This document shows positions 11,728 to 21,450 of a stretch of DNA of 64,000 bases, piece after piece. The translations under genes and the position numbers were made by a program. Within the stretch, counting starts at the first letter, position 1; every line of letters starts with the position of its first letter. This stretch comes from Albugo candida (Eukaryota): the NCBI GenBank assembly GCA_040437565.1, contig JBDOQK010000004.1:310001-374000 (forward strand), in the 5' to 3' direction. The notes under the pieces are model-generated. The model saw nothing but the letters and a program-made list of their open reading frames with translations, was not told the DNA's origin and searched no databases.

Positions 11728-12897
11728 TCACACTCTACTCGATGCCACCGCCGAAGATGACATTGGTCGATCTCGAAGATGTTCTGCCTCTTCATGTGAG
11801 AATCCAGCTGGAAAAGATCCTCCTTGCTGCATTCTGGCTACCTCGAGAACGAGAAAAAGATCCCGAACATTGACATCAACAGAAACTATTGTACCGTTCA
11901 AAATCATTCGTATACTTCGATATTGCACATCATCGTCTGGAATGGAGGTGAAGGAAGACCGTGCAAGTTGCTGAAGGTGTTGTGGAGCTGCGGGAGCTGT
12001 GCCAACTGGGAATATAGGAGGAACAGGAGGTTGCCACAACTCAGGTTCTGATCGTTTGCGTTTGGCCGCAGCTGGAGGAGTATTGGTCGAAAGTGAAGAT
12101 AAGCGTTGTGAAGCTCCGCTAATATCGACTCCAATACCAGAGTGGCTCGATGGTCCAGCCCCTGGGAATGGCCTACCTGGACGCTGTGATTCGACAGAAC
12201 CTTCCGATTTCTGTTGATGTTTTATGTAAGGCTCATCAGAAGCCATTGTAGAAGCCATAGTCTGCGGTATGCTGAGTCCGGGAACTTGTAATCTGCGTGC
12301 AGGTGGCATTGTGGCAGTTGTCACATCATGCATACTGGCAAACAATGCTGGGACTTGTTGCCGGCTTCCTTGTGATGAATACGGATAGAATGAAGAAGGC
12401 CCGGATGGATGTGTTCTTTCGTCTTGCCTTTGTCTCTTGGAGATTGCACTGGGTTTTTTCACATACGTCAAAATATCACATCTAAACCCATCATTGCCCA
12501 CTTTACGTTTAAGATAGTTTCGGTATGAACGACTGATACGTGATTCAAAATTCCGAGCAGTTACTTCGACCAATTCGGACTGTTTGGAGTGCACACCAGG
12601 CCGGATATAAATGGCCATGTCTTCACGTACGTAATCTTCCGGTCCTTCAAAATTCCTAATCTCACGAGTCGTGACGTTGTTGACAATTCTGCAAAAGTTC
12701 TCATAACCATCTTCCATTGAAAACTGAAAATTAGTGATCGAAAGATGTTTACGTGAAGTTCGATGCACATCTCCGATTTTGACCGTGAGCTCAGCAACCA
12801 AAACGTTCGGAACGTTGAAAGACGACTGCGTGCTCCCACTTCGAGAGTATGGTGATGCTGAAGCCGATGTAGTAGGCTGATCTGGTTGTTCTGTCAT
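11728..12897 (-). CDS. Hypothetical protein with two globular-looking blocks and a Pro/Ser-rich linker
   Basis: Intact 389-aa ATG-initiated ORF; NLS-like AKRKRSE. Confidence 0.8.
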   Translation of the reverse strand: MTEQPDQPTTSASASPYSRSGSTQSSFNVPNVLVAELTVKIGDVHRTSRKHLSITNFQFSMEDGYENFCRIVNNVTTREIRNFEGPEDYVREDMAIYIRPGVHSKQSELVEVTARNFESRISRSYRNYLKRKVGNDGFRCDILTYVKKPSAISKRQRQDERTHPSGPSSFYPYSSQGSRQQVPALFASMHDVTTATMPPARRLQVPGLSIPQTMASTMASDEPYIKHQQKSEGSVESQRPGRPFPGAGPSSHSGIGVDISGASQRLSSLSTNTPPAAAKRKRSEPELWQPPVPPIFPVGTAPAAPQHLQQLARSSFTSIPDDDVQYRSIRMILNGTIVSVDVNVRDLFLVLEVARMQQGGSFPAGFSHEEAEHLRDRPMSSSAVASSRV

Positions 12898-13559
12898 TCT
12901 TTGAGCCTATATGTACCCTTATTTACTAGTGACAGACTGAATAAGAATGAAAATGCAGGAACAACGAGCGCCAAGTCAAGCGCTAACAGTCGCAAAGAGA
13001 AAAACTTTCCAAAGAAGATTAATTTTCTAATCCAACTTGACAATTTTTGAGACAGGTGATGTTCCAGCAGTATGTAGAAAAAGTTATTCTTAGCTAAGCG
13101 TGTTATTGTTTTAGTCTCACTACAGAGATCAGTTTTATGTGATCTGCGCTTCCTTCAGCGTGGAAGAGGTCGTGCGTTATCTCAAATGTACAGATGTTAG
13201 CACAAATGTACACGATTGCTTAGCTTCCTTGTTACGCTGTAATCAATATGTAATAGTATAGGGTCTCTAGAGTTCTTTGAGAGTTTGGAGACATCTCATG
13301 CGTATGCAGTTGGTACTAGGAACGATGCAAACGCACCCTTTTCATATTAAAACGGCGATCTGTGTAAAAAAGGTCTCCTTTGCACGTCAGCTTTGAAAAG
13401 CGTCCTTTTTGCGTAACAAAGCTTCTGTAGTCAACAACTTTTTATAAATTTGACCTTTAGTAACACTTGCCTCTTGAGCCTTTATACTTTTTTATAATAT
13501 ACTATAAATGAATCATAATCGCTGTTACCACATCGAAACGTCACTTGAAGGAAAGCACA

Positions 13560-14111
13560 ATGAGATCGAATGATTATCAGTTGCCGCGTATATCATTTGA
13601 CGACGAATATCGTCTTCACGCATTGGAAAAAGATCAGATTGCACATACGCACGACTTGGAATTGGAAAGCAATCAGTTTGTCACGAGTAAGCATAAATAT
13701 ATAGTCTTGTAATTCATCAGAATGATTGTCAATCAGAATTGGATGAATTCCACGAAATCATCAAAGGTGTGTTGCAGGTATTGGAGGCACAGGAACAACG
13801 GATTGAGCGTGAAAAACTCAAGGTATCCAATCGTTTTAATCGTAATAGTCTTGTAACACGTCGATAGGCGATTGGAGAGCGGAATAAAGTGGATTCCGAA
13901 CTGGAGAATCGCAATCGTCAAAAAGCTATCACGCAACTCTTGATCAAGGAAAAACAAACAGAATTGGAAAGGTTTGTTTTCGTGAAATGCAAATGATGCC
14001 ATTTGTCTCGATTTTTTGATCGTCAGGTACAACCTCCAGTATGAATCCCTTTCAAAGGTTTTAGAAGAACAGCAAGTTCTTATGGAAAAACTCAGCAATA
14101 ACGAAACTTGA
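13560..14111 (+). CDS. IFT20: Intraflagellar transport protein 20; 4 exons, missed by the ORF track
   Basis: Spliced product MRSNDYQLPRISFDDEYRLHALEKDQIAHTHDLELESNQFVT-KLDEFHEIIKGVLQVLEAQEQRIEREKLK-AIGERNKVDSELENRNRQKAITQLLIKEKQTELER-YNLQYESLSKVLEEQQVLMEKLSNNET aligns end to end with IFT20 (EKxKAIGxRN, EKxxxLERY). Confidence 0.9.
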
Positions 14112-14270
14112 TGCCTAAAGCGTTGTCTGATAAGGATAGTATAACCGTATCAATCACCATTTCGGTCATTATGTCCAACACTCTGGACACAGCGCCACAT
14201 AATGTTTGAAGCAAACACAGTTTGGTGACAATAGTCCATTTGTATATTGTGTGGAAGCCACAATCGGATT

Positions 14271-15909
14271 CTATATAGTTCCCCACTGCAAAGGGTAGCC
14301 ACCTTCTTCTAGCCTCCGTTTCAATTCCAAGCCATGTTCGTACGATTGAGTCTCCACAACACATTTTACTGCTACTTGAGACACACTTGTATGGACCCAT
14401 GCACGTTCGTGATGAATATCCTTGACACTGACGCCGCATTCCAACATCAAGTTGGCAAGCTGAGCAATACCTCCAGGACGATCACTCACTGTTGCAATGA
14501 AACGTACAAGACGACCATCGGCGGCTAAACCACGCTCTATGACTCGACCCAACACAGGTGTATCGATGTTTCCCCCACAAAGCGGTAAAACAATACGTTT
14601 TCCTCTCAATTCAGGTAACTTGTCGTCAATCAAAGCTGCTAATGCGCACGCACCGCCTCCTTCCACAACAACTTTTTCTTGTTCAACGAGGCGAAGGACA
14701 CTCAGCGCGATGGCGCGTTCGGATACTGTCACAACTTTGTCAACTCGATCTTTTGCAATCTCAAACGCATTGCTTCCAACGCATGGGACGGCCAAGCCAT
14801 CAGCCAAAGTTGGAGATGTTGGTACATGTACAGGTTTCCCTGCCTCAAGAGCTGCAGTGAAACTAGGACAAAGGACGGGTTCTACCCCGATTATTTGAAC
14901 TGTGGGAGCCAATGTCTTAACTGCCAACGAAATCCCGGCAATAAGACCTCCACCCCCAATTGGCACAATAATTGCATCTAGATTGGACACCTATTTGGCA
15001 ATTTCATGTTAGCGACTACGAATCAACCTGCATTATGCTCCGCACCTGATGCAAAATCTCAATGCCCATACTTCCGGCTCCAGCGATGATATCTGGATCA
15101 TCAAACCCATTAATATACTTTAGACCCTACAACCATCGAAAAACTCATCATCTTCACATTGAAAAGCTTGATATGCAAATTACTTGTTCCTTGGCAATTT
15201 CATCAGCTTTGACTCTCGCTTCCAGAATGTGAGCTCCATGTAGGACCACATTTGCACCAAGGTTTTGGCAACTGGTAATTTTTGTGAGTGGTGCGATATG
15301 TGGCATCACACAGGTGACCGGAATGCCAAGTTCTTTGCCATGATGAGCCAATGCCAAGGCATGATTTCCTGAGTATTAAATAATAATAGCGCTGAAGACG
15401 GGCAATAGTATGAAGAGAAGTACCTGCGGAAGCTGCAACGACACCACTTTGTCGCTGTTCTGATGTTAGCCGTAGCAAAGCGTTTCGAGCACCACGTTCC
15501 TTAAAACTGTTTGTGAATGCAAGGCGATACGGTAATGTCTCAAAATCAGAATTTCAAAATCCAGAGCATCCTGCCTTCCAGTCAGCTGCCGATAATCCTT
15601 TTTTAGGTAAATGATGCAATCCAATTGAGAAGATAATACGGGCGACATTTTACAAGAGGTCGGTTGAATGCCTGCGTCGGGTCACTCATTACTCTTAGGA
15701 TATGTAAACATTGGGTTCGATGACTCACCGTCACGGATGAGAAAACTGGCGGTGCTGACGTCCTGAAAGGTGATCGCCTTTGTGGGTTTGTCGCTATCGA
15801 TTTGAGTGGAAAAGTTGTTGTGCAAAGAGCCACAGAGAGCCCGACCTGTACGCCAATTGCGTTGTACATGACATCCGCTTCTGCGAGTTTTAGATATCAA
15901 TTGTCTCAT
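14271..15909 (-). CDS. Threonine/serine ammonia-lyase (PLP-dependent) with a single C-terminal ACT-like domain, multi-exon
   Basis: TGSFKERG after splicing, VVAASAGNHA, VPIGGGGLIAG, TLADGLAV, LCGGNID, and ACT-like VSDRPGGIAQL...DIHHERAW. Confidence 0.93.
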
Positions 15910-16009
15910 CGTTAGAGCAGCAAGTATTCGACGCTATGAATCATCCACAAACAGATGACCTCTTTATTTTATTATACTGTATTGCCAACTACTTTATCAC
16001 ATTGAATAC

Positions 16010-18308
16010 TTATTGCAAATATTTCTCGACGTGAGAACGCAATCTGTTTTCCTCCGGCGACAAACCTAAAGGCGCTCCATGACCACCGTATTCTTCAGGG
16101 ATTTGATCAATATCAATAAGTTGCTTCAATTCACGTAAAATACTGCTTCTCCCTTTAAGCATATGAACCTAAAAGAGAAATCCAGTTAAGCGGCAAAGCT
16201 TTAAAGTGCAAGTACAAAGTCTACCTTATCCCGTGTCACGGGATCAATCAATGGCTTGACAATTCGCCATATCATATTAAACCAACCAGGAATATTGATA
16301 ATGAAAATATGAGCACTTCGTTCGGGATAATGTGCTGCAGTAAAACTAGAAGCTCGCTTGATAAAATCCAATACTTCCCCGCCCAAGCTTGACATGCCGA
16401 TGCCAGAGACGTCCAAAACTGTTATGGATCGGGCAGCATCCTCTGGCTCTATATACGTCCATAAAAATTCGGTGATGTACATATAATGATAAATCAAGTC
16501 TTCAATTGATAGACCAAGCTGCTTGAGGGCCACAAGATCGATCTTCCCAGGCTTTTCATAGTATACTGGATTTCCGGCTTTAGAACGACCGTGGAAGTAC
16601 TGCGGATAGCATTTTTTTATTTTCTCAAAATTGTGATGTGGTCTACGCAGAATTTGATCAAGTTCATGTTCTTTCCGCCATGCCACTGTTTGCAAATATC
16701 GCTCCTTTCCTTTTTCTTCGTTTCCTTTTTCAGCCGCAACAAATCGAGGAGAAAATGAGATGGAATGATCATTTGCTTTATCCGTCTGCACCAAATTATG
16801 AGTCGCATCTTGAAGAATAGTGCCTTCTGTAACGGTTTGATCTACTTGAATCGTTTCCAGCTGCTCGACTTGTAAATAGAAAGTATATTCGCCGTCAGAT
16901 TGGTGCTCGGAGACTTGAGTCCTTGCTTTTGTTTTACTCCGAGCTTTTGATAGCGATAATGTGCTACATTGGGGATCAGTACGCATTTGAGTTGAGCAGA
17001 TTTTTGGCATCACCTTGTGAGGAATTGAACCGCTTGCGAAATTGATTGTACGAATCCCAAGAAAGCTGTCATTTTCATCAGTCCTGTGAATGGCACATTG
17101 CAATAGAAAGCCAGTGAACAGCTAAGAATGAATAATCCTCCTAGAAGGGTCGGGAATGCTGTACTAAACGATGAGGTAGCCGTTGTTGGCTGTATTCCTG
17201 AGTTTGTTGGAGACTGTGGCGAAACGGATCGGGTTGTGCTCTTCGTACATCGGATAGAAACTATGCTTTCACGTTAGTTTAAAGTGGAACCAAACGGTTG
17301 TACACATACCATTCACTTTGCAATATGAGACGGTATGAATCAGATTGGGATCAGTACGCACTGGTGTGGCGAGTGTCAGCCTTTCAGATTGCGCACACAA
17401 ACTCGAAATATCATTGCCAAGCATCAATCTCGTGATGCGAACACCTTCACCATTGCTTAGCACAATGATGCAAACGTCGTCTCGAAGGAATGTGCCCAAC
17501 GTGACTTCGGAATGCGGTACAATGTGTCGCTGTATGAGAATCTCCGAATCATTTGACTTCATACAAATGGCCAATACATTAACTGCAGCCTTCTCCTCTA
17601 TCTGTTCCAAATTCTGCGTTTCTGATAAGGTTCGGTCATTCACATCATTTTCGTTCTGACTACTGTATGACGTGAATGCAGTTGTCAGAGTCACCGAATG
17701 GTAATGTACCTTGTAACGACACAAATGTATGTCTGTATCACTTCCATAGGCCACTCGTGATTGTAGTTTCGTGATTTAGCGATCATAATTGCTTGATTGA
17801 TTGCATTTACCCATGCTGTTGCAAATTCCAGCTTTTCCGCTCGTAGGAGCATAAGCATTACTTTTCGCTTCTACGATAAAAACGCGCTTAATATGAGGCT
17901 ATCGTACTGAGCTTAACTCACTGAGAACAATGCAATAAAGTGAGATGATATCCCGCTTTCTACAGCTCCGCTCGGTGCATGCTCACTGGGAATTACTTTT
18001 GCGCATTCGATATCCTGTAAAGCTGTCTGTCCCCTCTCCTTACCAAATAATTCGAATTCCTCCGACTTCCGGTAGTAATGAAGTGACTTTGTCGATAAGA
18101 TGAACAGCCGTTTTGCCCATCCTCCACGTACGGCTCCATCCCGACGCTTGTCCAGGGACCCAAATACCAGTATTCTCAAGTGTGTAGCTGGATATAGACC
18201 CGGTAGACACACCGTACGAAAATTGTGTGCGGTACTGAAGAACTGCGAGTGCTCTGACGGGGTGTATGCCTTGGATGAGTATCGCCCAATGCTGGAATCG
18301 TCGGACAT
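16010..18308 (-). CDS. PH domain + SEC14/CRAL-TRIO lipid-transfer protein, multi-exon
   Basis: N-terminal PH (GSLDKRRDGAVRGGWAKRLFILSTKSLHYY); CRAL-TRIO (FHGRSKAGNPVYYEKPG, HYPERSAHIFIINIPGWFNMIWRIVKPLIDPVTRDKV, IDIDQIPEEYGG); last exon ends at TAA 16010-16012. Confidence 0.85.
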
Positions 18309-18621
18309 GAGGCCAAATGTCCACGTAAACGTCTGATTGGATGAATATAAACATGGTGCGAATGCCTTATTGGTTGAATGTATGCCATTTCTGCAATATT
18401 TCTATTGGTTGTAAAGATTGATGAGAATGAGAAGTATCCGTATTTTTGGATCGATTACGCGGAAAGAAGAATTGTAGGGTCAGGGTAGGTGTCCACGTAA
18501 CTGTTCTCATAGACATGTGAGGTTTTTTAGACCGTCGTGCGAAATCTAAATACAAAGTATAGACGGTTGCGCCTTCGGTATTAGGATTACGCTTGGGTTT
18601 TTTCTCCTCGACCAAAAACCA

Positions 18622-18635
18622 TCATTTCAGTTTTG
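18622..18635 (+). promoter_or_regulatory. Putative oomycete initiator (INR, YCAYTYY) with T-rich flank
   Basis: TCATTTC followed by AGTTTTG, about 60 nt upstream of the ATG at 18685. Confidence 0.35.
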
Positions 18636-18684
18636 TTTTTTCTTCAGCACAAAGCAACAGTCAACAAAGAACAAAAAGTCGAAA

Positions 18685-19698
18685 ATGGCGGAAACAGCGC
18701 GTGTGACTTCACTTAAAATCAATTTCAAAGGAGAAATTCATCGAATTCGCGTGGATTTGAGTACGTTTGGATTAGAGCATCTGCAGGAATTGATTTGCAG
18801 TACCTTTAAACTCGCACCTGGATCGTTTATTGTTCAATACAAAGATGGAGAAGGGGACAACTTGAATGTGGTTTCGGACGCGGAATTCGAGGAAGCTTGT
18901 CGCGTGTTCCTCTCTGAGAACAATGCAATGAAGGCACTGAGATTTTCTGCGGTTCTGCGTCATCAAGTCATGTTCCAGGAAAATGTATCGGATCCGATTT
19001 TGAAAGCGATCGAACGCCTTGTAGAGACACTGCAATGCGCAGTCGAAAAAGTGAAAAAGGAAGAATGGGCTCGTCGTGCGCAAGATGGTATGGAGCAGAC
19101 CCGTGGAGCTGTGTTGAATGTTGCTGAAGGTGCACGAGACTCGTTTGATGCGGCTCGACAGAGTTTCCATGAAATACCATTTGAACAAGTACTGAAAGAA
19201 ACAACAGAAGGTTTAAAAAACGTGGCACAGAACATTGGATCCTTTGCTCAAGACGTGGTGGAAGAAATCAAAGGAATGAAAATAATTGATCCGGTAGAAA
19301 TGGACGCGAGCGATGAGACAACCAATCAAGATGAAGAAGCTACTGAGGAGGGCTCACGATCTTCTAATGAAAGCGAATGGGAAGACATTGCAGCATCTAA
19401 TGTACCTGTAGCAACCCCCGCAGTTGTCGAGGTTGTGGCATCCCCTTGTACTGCTGAAGAGCAAGTTCCTTCCATGCCGAGCGCTATTGTTGAGATACAG
19501 GAAGCACCCATGGCAATCTCTGAAGCAATCATCGTCGCTGAACCAGTCGTCTCCGACGAAGAAAAGAAATGGGCGGACCAGTTGGCCCTTATCAACGACG
19601 TATTGCCCGGTGTCGAAACGACTCGTTCGATTACTCTCTTGGAACAAGCGAACGGAAATGTGCAGGTTGTTCTTAACGCGTTGATGGAGGAGCTGTAG
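18685..19698 (+). CDS. PB1 + helical region + LIR + C-terminal UBA-like protein (p62/NBR1-like)
   Basis: PB1 (SLKINFKGEIHRI...VQYKDGEGDNLNVVSDAEFEEA); acidic ESEWEDI; UBA-like WADQLALINDVLPG...LLEQANGNVQVVLNALM. Confidence 0.85.
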   Translation: MAETARVTSLKINFKGEIHRIRVDLSTFGLEHLQELICSTFKLAPGSFIVQYKDGEGDNLNVVSDAEFEEACRVFLSENNAMKALRFSAVLRHQVMFQENVSDPILKAIERLVETLQCAVEKVKKEEWARRAQDGMEQTRGAVLNVAEGARDSFDAARQSFHEIPFEQVLKETTEGLKNVAQNIGSFAQDVVEEIKGMKIIDPVEMDASDETTNQDEEATEEGSRSSNESEWEDIAASNVPVATPAVVEVVASPCTAEEQVPSMPSAIVEIQEAPMAISEAIIVAEPVVSDEEKKWADQLALINDVLPGVETTRSITLLEQANGNVQVVLNALMEEL

Positions 19699-19811
19699 AC
19701 AAATGAACGCGAACCAACCTGGAATCTTGTATTTTTTTACTTTTTTTCTCTTTTAATTCATGATCAATGCAATTGCTTTGCAATTTATTATCGCCAGTTT
19801 TTGGTCTCTTT

Positions 19812-20254
19812 TCAATCCTTGTGGTGAGATGTTGAAAGCGCTGCTGTAAAGCTGAAAACATCGGATGCTGCGCTGTAGACTTTGGGCGCTGCATTTTTGC
19901 TGCTGTGTAGTCGCGTGGCAGCTTTTTCAGGAATATGGAGCGAAATTAATCCCGATCCGTATATATGAAGAACAAGCACAAATAAATCCTTTTGAAGCAT
20001 CTTCATATCTTGAACTTCAGCAGTCCCCATGATCTCAATGTCTTCAGCGATGAAGTCGTCTATTGCTTCGCTGAACTGAATCTGAAATCTACATAAGTTA
20101 CCTTTATACAAGCCATTTGAGCGTACGTCGTTCGACCAAATAACGACATGTGGTTCCTGAAGAGCTGCATAATGAAATCATAACGCGCGACCCAACTGCT
20201 CGACGTTTTGGCATACCTCCAAGGGCATGAAGACATGACATACGATTTTTCAAA
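19812..20254 (-). CDS. Partial second copy or allele (3' exons) of the ankyrin-Ig gene, cut by the gap
   Basis: Same last two exons as the 20442-21450 gene, with 7 amino-acid differences and an intact frame. Confidence 0.6.
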
Positions 20255-20354
20255 NNNNNNNNNNNNNNNNNNNNNNNNNNNNNNNNNNNNNNNNNNNNNN
20301 NNNNNNNNNNNNNNNNNNNNNNNNNNNNNNNNNNNNNNNNNNNNNNNNNNNNNN
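20255..20354. other. Assembly gap of 100 N; others at 31856-31955, 57610-57709, 59206-59305 and 60699-60798
   Basis: Runs of exactly 100 N, a typical placeholder for gaps of unknown size. Confidence 0.99.
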
Positions 20355-20441
20355 ATCTTGTATTTTTTTACTTTTTTCTCTTTTAATTCATGATCAATGC
20401 AATTGCTTTGCAATTTATTATCGTCAGTTTTTGGTCTCTTT

Positions 20442-21450
20442 TCAATCCTTGTGGTGAGATGTTGAAAGCGCTGCTGTAAAGCTGAAAACATCGGATGCTG
20501 CGCTGTAGACTTTGGGCGCTGCATTTTTGCTGCGGTGTAGTCGCGTGGCAGCTTTTTCAGGAATATGGAGCGAAATTAATCCCGATCCGTGTATATGAAG
20601 AACAAGCACAAATAAATCCTTTTGAAGCATCTTCATATCTTGAATTTCAGCAGTCCCCATGATCTCAATGTCTTCAGCGATGAAATCGTCTATTGCTTCG
20701 CTGAACTGAATCTGAAAACTACATAAGTTACCTCTATACACGCCATTTGAGCGTACGTCGTTCGACCAAATAACGACATGTGGTTCCTGAAGAGCTGCAT
20801 AATCAATTCAGAGCGCGCGACCCAACTGCTCGGTGTTTTGGCATACCTCCAAGGGCATGAAGACATTTCATACGATTTTTCAAATTCCTTTGCCCGTAAG
20901 CCGCAACGTCCACCGGCCGAAGACCGTTGGATAGTAGATTACTACATAAGACCGAAACTTACGCTCAATCGTGTAGATGGATCTACCAAAATCAACTTAT
21001 CAGCTCCCCGCTCGAGCATCAGCTGAACGATTGCATGCTGTCCGAAAAAAGAAGCTTGATACAGCGCGGTACTCTGCGAATGAATTGAACGTGATAGTGC
21101 TTCAGAACGATTAAGCGGATTCCGTCATGTGAACATGTAAACCTTTCCAGCGCCCTTACAGAACATAAAATTAAGCGAGTTTTATCAAATGTCAAGTCGT
21201 ACAAATAGCTATAAAGAGAGTGTAGGTGATGCGATAGAAAGTGAACATTGGTACTGCTACAAACCTTGATGTAAAGAGCATGCGGATATTTATCGATAAA
21301 CTCTCGAACTTTACTGATTTGATTCAGCTTGATGGCGTTATAGCAAGTGTTTATTTCGCTTGCTGAAATTCCCGCGTAACCAGATGAGGTTGCATTCGTC
21401 AGGACTTTTTCTCTTTGAGATTGACACCATGCTGGTAGTTTGCGCGACAT
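20442..21450 (-). CDS. Ankyrin-repeat protein with a C-terminal Ig-like beta-sandwich, multi-exon
   Basis: Splicing gives STALYQASFFGQHAIVQLMLERGADNNLLSNGLRPVDVA (ankyrin), then FQIQFSEAIDDFIAEDIEI...FVLVLHIHGSGLISLHIPEKAAT; GT-AG introns, e.g. 20795-20846. Confidence 0.75.

Larger units (their letters stand above)
19724..20884. repeat. Imperfect direct duplication (19724-20254 vs 20355-20884) flanking a 100-N gap
   Basis: About 530-bp copies differing by 16 substitutions and one 1-nt indel (manual count). Confidence 0.95.
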
